64,000 bases of DNA from a virus. The number at the start of each line of letters is the position of its first letter. Positions within the stretch are counted from its first letter, which is position 1. The stretch lies in IMG/VR virus record IMGVR_UViG_3300042516_003202. The stretch is one strand, 5' to 3'. Both the position numbers and the translations under genes were made by a program. Shown one piece after another: positions 27,678 through 38,600 of this stretch. Below the pieces are notes generated by a model. It was not told the DNA's origin and made no database searches. It saw only the letters and a list, made by a program, of their open reading frames with translations.

Positions 27678-30600
27678 TCAACTTAATCCAGATCCAGATA
27701 TAACAAATTCATTAGGTGTGACGACACATAGAACAGTACAAAGTCCTCTTCCTGCTAATGTTCTATTTCCAGTTGTTGCTGTTCCAGCAATATACATTGT
27801 AGTTGAAGCACCTTGTGTAATTGTTTGTGCTGATGAAGAGTTATTATAAATCGTAATTGCATCTCCAGCACTGAAAACGCCAGAAGGGACAGTTACGCCA
27901 CCTGTTGTGATATTAACTAAATCGCCAACATCTCCTATTGCAAGAGTGTATGAAGTTGTTTTAGCAAGATTTATTAATTTTCTAAGATTTCCTCCGGAAT
28001 CAGAAACTATAGTAGAAGTTAAGTTACCTGTTGATGGATTATAAGTTAATTTTGATGATGATACGTTTAATGTTGGTGACCCAGATGCCACCGATGAAAG
28101 CATTGGATATCTCGTTGCGTTTGTTGATGTGTCATCAGACACGCTAATAGAACCAAATGGTGCAAATATTGATGTAAATGCCCAATTATCAGTACCATAA
28201 TAATAGAAAACTTGTGCAATTCTTAAATAAACTCCATTTACAGTTTGTGCTGCTGCAGGTATAGAAGCACTGATTAATTGCCAAGTATTATAGTTTAAAG
28301 CACTAGGTGTAATAAGCTCTATTGTAGTATAAGAAGATCCATTAAGACTATATTGAAATAATAAAACATCTGATTGATAGTCTTCTGGTTGATCCCCCCA
28401 AGTTCCATTAGCAGCATTCACATAAAATTGAACTGTGCTAATACCATTTAAATATACCTTATTAAAAGTAGAGACATATCTCGTTCCATTTTGGTATTCT
28501 GAAAGATAACCATCAAAAATTGCTATCGGAGTTCCTGTGGGAACTGCAGTTGATGTTGCCATAGTTCCATAAACTGAACCAAGTGTTGCCAATCTAGTTC
28601 CATTAGAAACATCAAGATTTTCTGGTTCTCTTAAATTTAATAAAACATTATCAAGTGATCCAGTATGATTTTGATCACCTCCAACTTGACCAAATGCTGG
28701 CATCAAAGTTGTAAATGCCCAGTTATCAGTGCCGTAATAAAATGAAGTTTGGGTGATTTTTAAATAAACTCCACCAAAAGTTTTTGCCCCAGATGGAACT
28801 CTAATAGTTCTTAACGTCCAAACATTACTACTAGCAATATCAATGGGATTTATTATGTCAATATTAGTCCAAAAAGTTCCATCAGTACTATATTGAACAA
28901 GTAAATTATCATTTTCATAATATTCTGGTAGATCGCCCCAACCAGTTCCACCTCTATTAACGTAATAATTTAAGAAGTCTACATTTGTTAAATGAACTTT
29001 TTCTCTATTTTGAACAAATCTTGTTCCATTTAAATTTAAAGACAAATATCCATCAAAAACTACAATTGGTGTTCCGACTGGAACCGCTGAAATATTTGAT
29101 ATGCCGGAATAATTTCCAACTGATGTTAATCTAGTTCCATTTCCTACCGTAAGAGTGTTTAAATTATAAAAATTAAGTAAGAATAAAGAAAGATTTCCAG
29201 AAGAAGATGATGAATCTGATTCTGGTTGACCAAATCCACCAACTAAGGTTGTAAATGCCCAGTTATCAGTGCCGTAATAAAATGAAGTTTGAACAATTCT
29301 TAAATAAACTCCAGAAAAATCTTTTACCGCATCTGGAATAGTTATAGTTCTTAAAGTCCAAACATTACTACTAGCAATATCAATTGGATTTACTGTATCA
29401 AGAGTAACCCATCCTGTAGATGCGGTTGGGGAAGTTGGGTGATATTGAACAAGTAAATTATCATTTTCGTAATATTCTGGCAAATCTCCCCAACCAGTTC
29501 CACCTCTATTAACATAATATAAAATATAGTCTAATGTTGTTAAATAAACTTTTGTTTTGTTTGTAAGTACTCTAGTGCCATTTTGATATTCTGCAAGATA
29601 TCCATCAAATATTCCAATTAAAGTTCCAGAAGGAACTTTATTTGTTAAAGTAGACATACCTCCATAATATGCTCCCACACTACTCATTCTAACGCCGTCA
29701 CCTAAATTTAATGTTAAAGTATTGGCAAAATTCATTAAAGAAACTGTAAGATTTCCTGCACTAGATGGATCATTTACATTTGTACTATCTCCAGTAGATG
29801 CTATAAGAGAAGTTATTGCCCAATTGTCAGTGTCTTGATAGTATGAAGTCTGAGCAATTCTTAGATATACACCATTATAATATTTTGCACCATCTGGAAT
29901 TTGAACTGTCCTTAAAGTCCATACATTAACACTAGCAATATCAATAGGTCTTATAGTATCGAAAGTAACATAAGTAGATCCATCTGTACTGTATTGTAAA
30001 TATAAAAAGTCACTTTGATAATTCTCGGGTTCTTCGCCACCAGCACCTTTGTTAACATAATATGATAAGTATGATATTGTAGTTAAATAAATTCTATTAA
30101 AATTAGTAATTACTCTATTTGAAGTTCCCCCAAAAAATGCAATGTTTGTAGTTCCAGGAACTTCTGTTCTAGTTGAAGTTCCCCTTGCTGAACAAGTTGT
30201 TAACTGTACACCACTTCCAATAGTAAATAAATTTGGATCTGCAAAATTCATGGCAGCAATCATAATGTTGCCATTTCCGGAAGATGTAGTCGAAGAACCA
30301 GCAGATCCTAATTCTGGTATTACTGAAGTAAATGCCCAGTTATCAGTTTCTTGATAATAAGCTCCTTGTACAATTCTCAAATAAACTCCATTATAATACT
30401 TAGCAGCTGCTGGAACTCTTTCTGATATTAAAGTCCAAGTATTTGCTGCAACATCATCAGGACCAACTGTTTTTATAGCAGTCCATCCACTAGTTCCAGT
30501 GTAACTATATTCAAGAATTAAATTGTCTAAATTAAATCCCTCTGGAGAATCTCCCCAACTACCAGCTTTATTGACGTAAAAATATACAAATTCTACAGAA

Positions 30601-32282
30601 GTTAAATAAACTTTAAATCTATTTTGAACAAATCTAGTTCCAGATGGTGTTGGAGCACTATTTGTTCCAAAAACTCCAATACTTGTAGTCGTGGAAGGAA
30701 CTTGAGTTAATGAAGACATATTAAGAATTGAACTAGGAAATGTAAGAAAAGTTCCAGTTCCCAAAGTTAAACCATTTGGAGTTGCAAGATCTATAAGTGA
30801 ATATGAAGAATTTCCTCCCCCAGTTCCAGATGCACCTTGAGTACCTTGTCCTCCTGGACCTTGAATTCCTTGTCTTCCTTGAAGACCTTGAGCTCCTTGA
30901 CCACCAATTCCACCAGTAAATCCCTGAACTCCCTGGTGTCCTTGAATACCTTGTCGTCCCTGAGTTCCTTGATTTCCTTGTGTACCTACACCATCTGTTC
31001 CTTGAGAACCTTGTATTCCCTGAATACCTTGCGATCCTTGAATACCAGATCCTTGGAGACCTTGAAAACCTTGAGATCCTATAGTTCCTTGATTTCCTTG
31101 AACACCTTGATTACTTAAACCTTGAGTTCCCTGCCTTCCTTGAATTCCTTGAGAACCTTGAGAACCTTGATTACCAAGAAGACCAGATATTCCTTGCGTT
31201 CCTTGAACACCCTGAGTTGTTCCATCACGTCCCTGAAGTCCTTGAGATCCTTGTAAAGATGCACCCTGAAGTCCTTGAGATCCTTGAAAACCTATTCCCT
31301 GAGTTCCTTGAGCACCTTGATTTCCACTATATCCTTGAAGTCCTTGAGATCCTTGGAAAGATTGTCCCTGAACACCTTGGGTTCCTTGCGCTGTTCCTGC
31401 TCGACCTTGAATACCTTGAACACCTTGAATCCCTTGTCTTCCTTGAATTCCTTGAGAACCCTGAAATCCACTATAACCTTGAGTACCTTGTGCTCCTTGT
31501 GATCCAAGACCTTGAGTTCCTTGGAATCCTTGAGATCCATATTCTCCCTGAATTCCTTGAGATCCTTGGAAAGATTGTCCCTGAACACCTTGGGTTCCTT
31601 GACTGCCTTGAGTACCTTGAACTCCTTGAATACCTTGAGTTCCTTGAGTACCTTGAGTACCTTGAACACCCTGTGTTCCTTGAGTTGCTTGAACACCTTG
31701 AGTGCCTTGATTACTTAAACCTTGAACACCTTGTGTTCCTTGAAAATTACTTATTGTTCCCTGAGCACCTTGTCTACCTTGTGTTCCATGAATTCCCTGA
31801 ACACCTTGAAATCCTTGAACACCCTGAGATCCTTGAATACCTTGTCTACCTTGTGTTCCTTGATTTCCTTGAACGCCTTGATTGCTTACACCTTGAATAC
31901 CTTGGGTTCCTTGAGTTCCTTGAAAGTTACTTATTTGACCTTGAAGACCTTGCAATCCTTGCAGTCCTTGAGATCCTTGTCTTCCTTGCGAACCTTGAGT
32001 TCCCTGAAAATTACTTAAAGAACCTTGAAGACCTTGAATACCCTGAGTTAAAAGTGCCCGAGAATGAATCCAATACCTAGATCCAGTTTGAGCACCTACT
32101 GAAATTGGTACGTAATGATCATATTCAGTTCCAGCAGGAACTGGTTTTGCGCCAATAGAAGATACTCCAACTAATGGATCTCCAAGATCTGGTTCTGCTT
32201 GTTCTAATCCAAGAAACTCATAACGATCTGAAGTAATTCCAGTTTGGTCAAACTTTTTAACTCTGCCTGAATTATATTTCAT
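27678..32282 (-). CDS. tail fibre: Gly-X-Gln tract plus five Reelin-like beta-sandwich repeats
   Basis: 1534 aa; N-terminus SDRYEFLGLEQAEPDLGDP; GXQ tract about 30830-32050; five ~170-aa repeats ending TDNWAFT/IT. Confidence 0.8.
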   Translation of the reverse strand: MKYNSGRVKKFDQTGITSDRYEFLGLEQAEPDLGDPLVGVSSIGAKPVPAGTEYDHYVPISVGAQTGSRYWIHSRALLTQGIQGLQGSLSNFQGTQGSQGRQGSQGLQGLQGLQGQISNFQGTQGTQGIQGVSNQGVQGNQGTQGRQGIQGSQGVQGFQGVQGIHGTQGRQGAQGTISNFQGTQGVQGLSNQGTQGVQATQGTQGVQGTQGTQGTQGIQGVQGTQGSQGTQGVQGQSFQGSQGIQGEYGSQGFQGTQGLGSQGAQGTQGYSGFQGSQGIQGRQGIQGVQGIQGRAGTAQGTQGVQGQSFQGSQGLQGYSGNQGAQGTQGIGFQGSQGLQGASLQGSQGLQGRDGTTQGVQGTQGISGLLGNQGSQGSQGIQGRQGTQGLSNQGVQGNQGTIGSQGFQGLQGSGIQGSQGIQGIQGSQGTDGVGTQGNQGTQGRQGIQGHQGVQGFTGGIGGQGAQGLQGRQGIQGPGGQGTQGASGTGGGNSSYSLIDLATPNGLTLGTGTFLTFPSSILNMSSLTQVPSTTTSIGVFGTNSAPTPSGTRFVQNRFKVYLTSVEFVYFYVNKAGSWGDSPEGFNLDNLILEYSYTGTSGWTAIKTVGPDDVAANTWTLISERVPAAAKYYNGVYLRIVQGAYYQETDNWAFTSVIPELGSAGSSTTSSGNGNIMIAAMNFADPNLFTIGSGVQLTTCSARGTSTRTEVPGTTNIAFFGGTSNRVITNFNRIYLTTISYLSYYVNKGAGGEEPENYQSDFLYLQYSTDGSTYVTFDTIRPIDIASVNVWTLRTVQIPDGAKYYNGVYLRIAQTSYYQDTDNWAITSLIASTGDSTNVNDPSSAGNLTVSLMNFANTLTLNLGDGVRMSSVGAYYGGMSTLTNKVPSGTLIGIFDGYLAEYQNGTRVLTNKTKVYLTTLDYILYYVNRGGTGWGDLPEYYENDNLLVQYHPTSPTASTGWVTLDTVNPIDIASSNVWTLRTITIPDAVKDFSGVYLRIVQTSFYYGTDNWAFTTLVGGFGQPESDSSSSSGNLSLFLLNFYNLNTLTVGNGTRLTSVGNYSGISNISAVPVGTPIVVFDGYLSLNLNGTRFVQNREKVHLTNVDFLNYYVNRGGTGWGDLPEYYENDNLLVQYSTDGTFWTNIDIINPIDIASSNVWTLRTIRVPSGAKTFGGVYLKITQTSFYYGTDNWAFTTLMPAFGQVGGDQNHTGSLDNVLLNLREPENLDVSNGTRLATLGSVYGTMATSTAVPTGTPIAIFDGYLSEYQNGTRYVSTFNKVYLNGISTVQFYVNAANGTWGDQPEDYQSDVLLFQYSLNGSSYTTIELITPSALNYNTWQLISASIPAAAQTVNGVYLRIAQVFYYYGTDNWAFTSIFAPFGSISVSDDTSTNATRYPMLSSVASGSPTLNVSSSKLTYNPSTGNLTSTIVSDSGGNLRKLINLAKTTSYTLAIGDVGDLVNITTGGVTVPSGVFSAGDAITIYNNSSSAQTITQGASTTMYIAGTATTGNRTLAGRGLCTVLCVVTPNEFVISGSGLS
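28150..30810 (-). repeat. five tandem ~170-aa domain repeats
   Basis: Recurring YVN.G..GD.PE....D.L..QYS..G..W...W.L....P..A....GVYLRI.Q....TDNWA; repeats 3 and 4 share long exact DNA blocks. Confidence 0.85.
30830..32050 (-). repeat. Gly-X-Gln collagen-like tandem repeat
   Basis: 9-nt periodic CAAGG(A/T)-type repeats, read as ccttg/ccctg on the + strand. Confidence 0.9.
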
Positions 32283-32290
32283 AATTTATA

Positions 32291-32650
32291 TTATTGCTTT
32301 GCAGTTTCTAAAACACTGAGAATAAGGTTTAAAACCCCATTAGTATTAGATTGAATTTTAATAACATCATTAGTTTCCAAAGCCAATCTTCCATCAGAAA
32401 CTAGATTAACTGAATCATTTGGTGGTACATATACTGAATTTGCAAATATATAATCGTTTGGAGATTCACTTGTTCTTGAATGTATTGCAGTTACAGTATA
32501 GGTGCTTTTAGCAGCACCTGATGATACATTTGCCACTTGTGATAAAATTACAATAGATGATACGCCAATGGGGCAAGTATATATTCCAACATTATTTGTT
32601 GTAATACCAACTCTAATTGTTCGGAATTTATTAAGTGCAATTGCTGCCAT
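32291..32650 (-). CDS. small virion structural protein
   Basis: 119 aa, IYTCPIGVSSIVILSQVANV...LALETNDVIKI; sits between fibre genes. Confidence 0.7.
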   Translation of the reverse strand: MAAIALNKFRTIRVGITTNNVGIYTCPIGVSSIVILSQVANVSSGAAKSTYTVTAIHSRTSESPNDYIFANSVYVPPNDSVNLVSDGRLALETNDVIKIQSNTNGVLNLILSVLETAKQ

Positions 32651-32654
32651 GTTT

Positions 32655-35600
32655 CTAACTTAATGCAATAATTAGAGGGGTTACTGTATTTAACAGACTT
32701 TGACTGAATGATCTTCCAGTAATTGTTCCAGTTAATTGATTAATCACAACGCCATCGCCAATTTGGAAGTTTCCTGCCTGATTTGTGCTCGTATATACAA
32801 CTTGTCCACCATTACGCTTATCAACTTCATTTGCCTGAATTGTGACACCACCTAAAGCAGGTTTTGCTGTATTAATATTTGTTCCAGATCCAACCCACTC
32901 TAATGAAATTGAAGTTGCAATTTGTAAACTCAATCTTGAGAAATAAACTGTTGTCCCAGCACCTACTGTATTATTTAGATTTTGAGTCAGAACCAATGTT
33001 GAAGTTCCATTAACTGGTAATGTTGCCGTTGTAATAGTATAATAAAGAGGATACAAAACTGCTTCTGCAGTTGCATTTACTCCAGATCCTCCAGGAAAAT
33101 CAGTAATTGTAACGCTTGGGGAATTTAAGTATTGACTTCCATTACTGATTACGTCTATTGAAGTTATAACACCATTTTCATCAACGTTGGCAGAAGCTTC
33201 TGCACGAATTCCGCTAGGACCTTCTGGGAATCCAATTGTTACGTTTGGTGGATTTGTGGGATTGTAACCATTTCCACCATTTGTAACTTTAATAGCATTG
33301 ACTTGATAGTACAATTCGCCAAAATAAATTGCCTGACCGTCATAAGGTCTTTGTGTCCCCAATCCAGAAATTGTAACAGTATCAGTTTCAATTTCTGCAG
33401 TTCCTACGGTTTCTCCAGTGTAACGATAAATTGATTTTGAAGTATAATCACCAACTCCATCGGAAACAAGACCATAATTACCAAACGAACAGTTTGAGTT
33501 TGTAATATCACACTGACCACCAGATTTTGTAAAGATTCCAATATCGTCGCAAATTGTAAAGATAGAAACCAATTGTGTATATGCACCATTTGTGATAGAA
33601 ACACCAATACCATTTTGATTATATTGAGTATAAGAATCAACACTCATGGTTCCAGTTACACCAATATCTTCTTTATCACCAGGCTCTGCCGCAAATCCAT
33701 CCACTTTCATTCCGATACTATCACCAATAAAGTTAGTGCAGTTTCTTACATAAGGACCTTGAGTAATTGGACCAACTCCTTTGGAGTATGGTGGGATTAC
33801 AATTCCACCAACAACATAAGTATGACCTATTCCAGTTTTACCAACATTTACTGTAAATGTATTTCTTTCATTAGTTGTAGAAAGAACCTCAAATGCATAT
33901 CCATTATTTCCAGATGGGAATAATGTAGTTGTAGCTGCTCCACTAGAACATGCAAATTCAAGATCCCGTAATGTTACGATATCACCAGTTCTTACTGAAA
34001 TGCCAGGAGCAGTAATTGTAACAATACCAGTATTATTGTCATATTTTGCTTCAGTAACTTCTAATGAACGATTAACTACATAACCACCAGAAACATAACT
34101 ATGGGGAATAGTTGAAATTCCAGTATAAACATCAAAAGAGTCGTCTGAATTAATTTTAGTTACATAAAATTCATATCCATAATATCCAGATGGGAATAAT
34201 TGAGTTGAAACAGGTCCTCCAGAGGAGCATGAGAACTTAAGGTTTCTAACCTCAATTAAATCTCCAACCTTGACTAACAATCCTGGTGCTTTGATAGTAG
34301 TTTTTCCTGAAGTTTCTTCATAAAGAGCACTCGTAACACCGACAATAGAATCAAACCCTTTTCCTCTATTTCCTGGATATGTGGTATTAAATCCAACATA
34401 TGAGAATGCAGTTGATCCTATTCCTATAATTGAAGTAACAATTCCAACACAAACTTTCATCGCTGAAGTTACGTCAGCACATGAATTAATTACATTATTA
34501 AATCCAGTTGCAGGATCAACTTGCATCGCAAGGTCTTTAATTTGAGTGAATTCATTCTGGAAATTGGTATATTTTTGAACTGTTCCACCAGAAACATAGG
34601 TGTGTGGAAGAACAGTTTTTCCACCAACAAACTCAAATGTATTTGGTCCAACTACCGATTTAACTGGGAAAATATAATTAAAAGTTCCATCTGGGAAAGT
34701 TGTGGTTGTATAGTTAGAAGTTAAAGTACCTCCATACATGTAACGATGATCTAATGTAGAAGTTCCTACATTTACCTTAACTTTATTTGAAACATAAAGT
34801 GCTGGGTAAGATCCTAGATTACCTGCAGATATAACTGTGGTTAGTATTGAAATTAAATTATCAATATTTGTTTTAACATCGGCGCAAGAATTTTCACTAG
34901 TATTAGATCCTGTAGCAGGATCTGCACTTATTGTTAAATCCTTAACATTTAGTTGATTTGTAATTGCTTTCTTAGCATAATCACGAACCGCATTAAATGC
35001 AGTTACACTTTGCGTTTCTTCACCAACTAAACCATTAGAAATTGGTGCTCCATTCTTATTAAAATATGCTCTAGTTGCTTCACGAATGTGCTTATTAGTT
35101 CCATACTTAACATCCTTAACCAAAGCATCAACAATATATCCAATATCTCTACGACACTTATTTTCACCAGAAACAAATATTCCTGGATTGTTTCTAATTG
35201 TATTAAGAGAAGTTAGTGAACCAGCAGAAACAACAGTTGTAATTAGAGAAGTTAAAGTGTCTAATGCACTTTGGACATTTGCACAAGATGATGATGAAGT
35301 ATTAGATCCAGTTACAGGATCTGCAGTTAGTGTTAGATCTTTTGTGGTAAGTTGATTTGTAATTGCCTGCTTCATCAGGTTTCTTGCCTGATTAAAAGCA
35401 TAAACAGATTCTGTTTCTTCACCAACTAAACCATTAGAAATTGGTGCTCCATTATTGAAATATTGTCTTACAAATGCAATAGAATAAGAATTTCCACCAG
35501 TAAATATGTCTGTAGAAACCGCATCAATAAAATATCCAAGATCTCTCTTACATTTGGTTTGCGTTCCGGAAATTCCAGGATATTGTGCAACTGTTGCCGA

Positions 35601-38600
35601 CCAAGCACTGTTGACAATTTCTGTTCTGTTTTGTTGAATTAATCTGTAAGAATCTTTAAATCTTGAGAATCTTGTGGTTTGAACGTCATTTGGATAGTAG
35701 AAATCTGGATGTGAAATTGCAATTGCAGCAAGAGACTTATCAATAATTTCCGTTCTATTCTTTTGAATTAAGTTAGCAGCATCTATGTAACGGTTATCTG
35801 CAGTTGCAATTATGGTAAATTCATATCCAAGATTTCCTGATGGATAGTATGCAGTAGAAGGACCACCACCACTATCACATTCCCAAACAAGATTTTCTAA
35901 CTTAATTTTTTTACCAGGTTCAATATATAAATGTGCTCCAGCAGTTGTTCCTAAACCAACCGCAGTTACTGTGGCAATACCAGTTGTACGATCATAAGAT
36001 GCTGTTGAGATACCGAAAATAGGAGTATAGAGTTTTGATACTTCTCCACCATATTGGTAAATGTGATCTAAAGTGGATTTTCCTACATTAACAACAAATG
36101 TTTTTGTATCAAGTATATCTTGAACTGTAAATTCATATCCATAATTACCTGATGGATAAATTGCAGTTGATGGACCACCACCACTATTACATTCAAATAC
36201 GAGATTCTGAAGTTTTACTCTATCTCCAGATGTAATTTTTAATGCTGTTGAAGTTTCTATAGTTGAAATTCCAGTTAATCTATCGTAAGAAGCAGTTACA
36301 ACACCAACAGGGAATCCAGAAGATCCTGGAGTGCATGAATAAGTTAATCCTTGAACTTTTACTGGATCTTTTGTACTTAATCCATGATTAATTGCTGTTA
36401 CTGTAGTAATACCAGTATTGGCATCATAAACAGCATTCACAACTGTTGTTCCTAATCCTACTGGATATCCACCCCAAGAACAATTATTGATAACTGCTCT
36501 TGCAACATTGAATGAATAATCTAGAGTTGCTATAGTTTGCTTAACTTCTTCTGGATTTTTTAGAATTCCCGATTTTAAACTCCAATCATTATTATAATAT
36601 GCTTTACCAGCATCAATAGATCTAGAGTTTCCACCTCTAGTAATATCATGTATAATGCACTTCCAAATATCCGATACATCATCTGCACAATCATTACTTT
36701 CTAAATTAACACCATATCTAACAGCAGGTGCATTTGATGTTGTTCCTGCACCAATCATATTAGTTACAATACCAACTAATTGTTTGATTGTTGTACCTAC
36801 ACCTACACATCCACCATTTACTTGAATAACGGAAAGATCCTTAACTTGAGAAACGCTATTTCCAATACCTTGATATGATATTGGTGGTGTTGTGTTATTA
36901 ATCACATGAGTTGCAATTCCAGCAGCATAATCAAGTGCTGCGATTGTCGCTTCCGAAACACCAACACCTGTAATATGAATTAAACCACCAGAACTATTAA
37001 AATATGAATATCCAGCACCAATTGATTTACGATTACTATTTGCTTTTAAATCATAAGAAATTGCTTGCATAATACTAACAACATCTTCTTTACAATTAGT
37101 GTAACTACTAATTCCAAGAGTAAAATTATATCCAGATGGTGATGTTAAGAAACCAACTGCTTCTGCTGAAATATAATTTAAGTTCTTATCAATTAATCTT
37201 GCGGCATCTTGTTCCCTATGACTTCCAGCAAATCCACTAAATCCACTGGTTAAGAACCCAACAGACTCTTTTGCAATATATCTTAAGTTAAATCGAATCA
37301 TTCTTGCAGCATCAAAGAATCTATCAGTAGCAACACCAAGTAAGGGTTGAAGAGCAACAACAGCAGCTCCATTTTTCATTGCTGGACCAATAAAACTTGC
37401 ATCTGTAATATGACATCCATTATTTACATGGAACATATCTTGATTTAAGTTTTTCGGTGTAATTACACAGTTTCTAAGTTCTGTTCCTTCAACAGAAACC
37501 GTTTTGGCAAGAATAATCGGGTTGTCTTCAATATAAGTTCCTGGGAATACTTTAATAGTGTCTCCAAATACTGCAACAGATGCGGCCGATTTAATTGTTT
37601 TCTTTGGATAATTTTCTGCAAGGCCAGTATTATCATCATTACCGTTCATAGAAACATAAATCGTCCTTCCAACTGGTTTGTAAGATTGAATTTTAACCTT
37701 TCCTTTTCCAGGAATTTGTGATTCAAAAATGTCAATTCCAATTCCAGGAACAATTTGAGTTACAATTCCTACTAATGTTTCTCCATTACCATAATAATTT
37801 GTAGCAGTTGCAGTTCCAACAACCGTCAAAGTATTAGTAATTGCACTTGTTCCAATACCAATACTTCCGGATGAAGGGTTGAATACTAATTTTTCAGAAG
37901 AAACAAATACTGTTGAAATGGATCCTGATTTTTCTGTTGAAAAACCTATGTAAGAAACAAAATTGTCTTCAGTATCTTTTAATTCTATAGAAACTGAAGA
38001 ACCCTGAATCCCTTGCATTCCTTGAACACCTTGGGATGCTTGAACACCTTGGGTTCCTTGTGTCCCCTGAGATCCTTGAAGACCTCTAGTTCCTTGTGTT
38101 CCCTGAGTGCCTTGTGTTCCCTGGACGCCAGTTCCTTGCAATCCTTGGAATCCTTGTGTTCCTTGGATACCCTGATTACCTTGAACACCTTGAGTTCCTG
38201 TTCCCTGAAGACCCTGAAGACCTTGGAATCCTTGTGTTCCTTGAATACCCTGTTTTCCTTGAGAACCTTGAGTTCCTTGTGTTGCTTGAACACCTTGATT
38301 ACCTTGAGTTCCTTGGAAATTACTTATAGGGCCTTGAATACCCTGTCTTCCTTGAGCACCTTGAGTTCCTTGAGCACCTTGAGTTCCTTGAGTACCTTGT
38401 GTTGCTTGTGTTCCTTGTGTTGCTTGAACACCTTGAACACCTTGATCACCTTGAAGACCTTGTGTTCCTTGGAAGTTACTTATTTGCCCCTGGAGACCTT
38501 GGAGACCTTGGAGACCTTGGAATCCTTGTGTTCCTTGAGTTCCTTGAGTTCCTTGATTACCTTGAGTTCCTTGGAAATTACTTAGAGATCCTTGAAGTCC

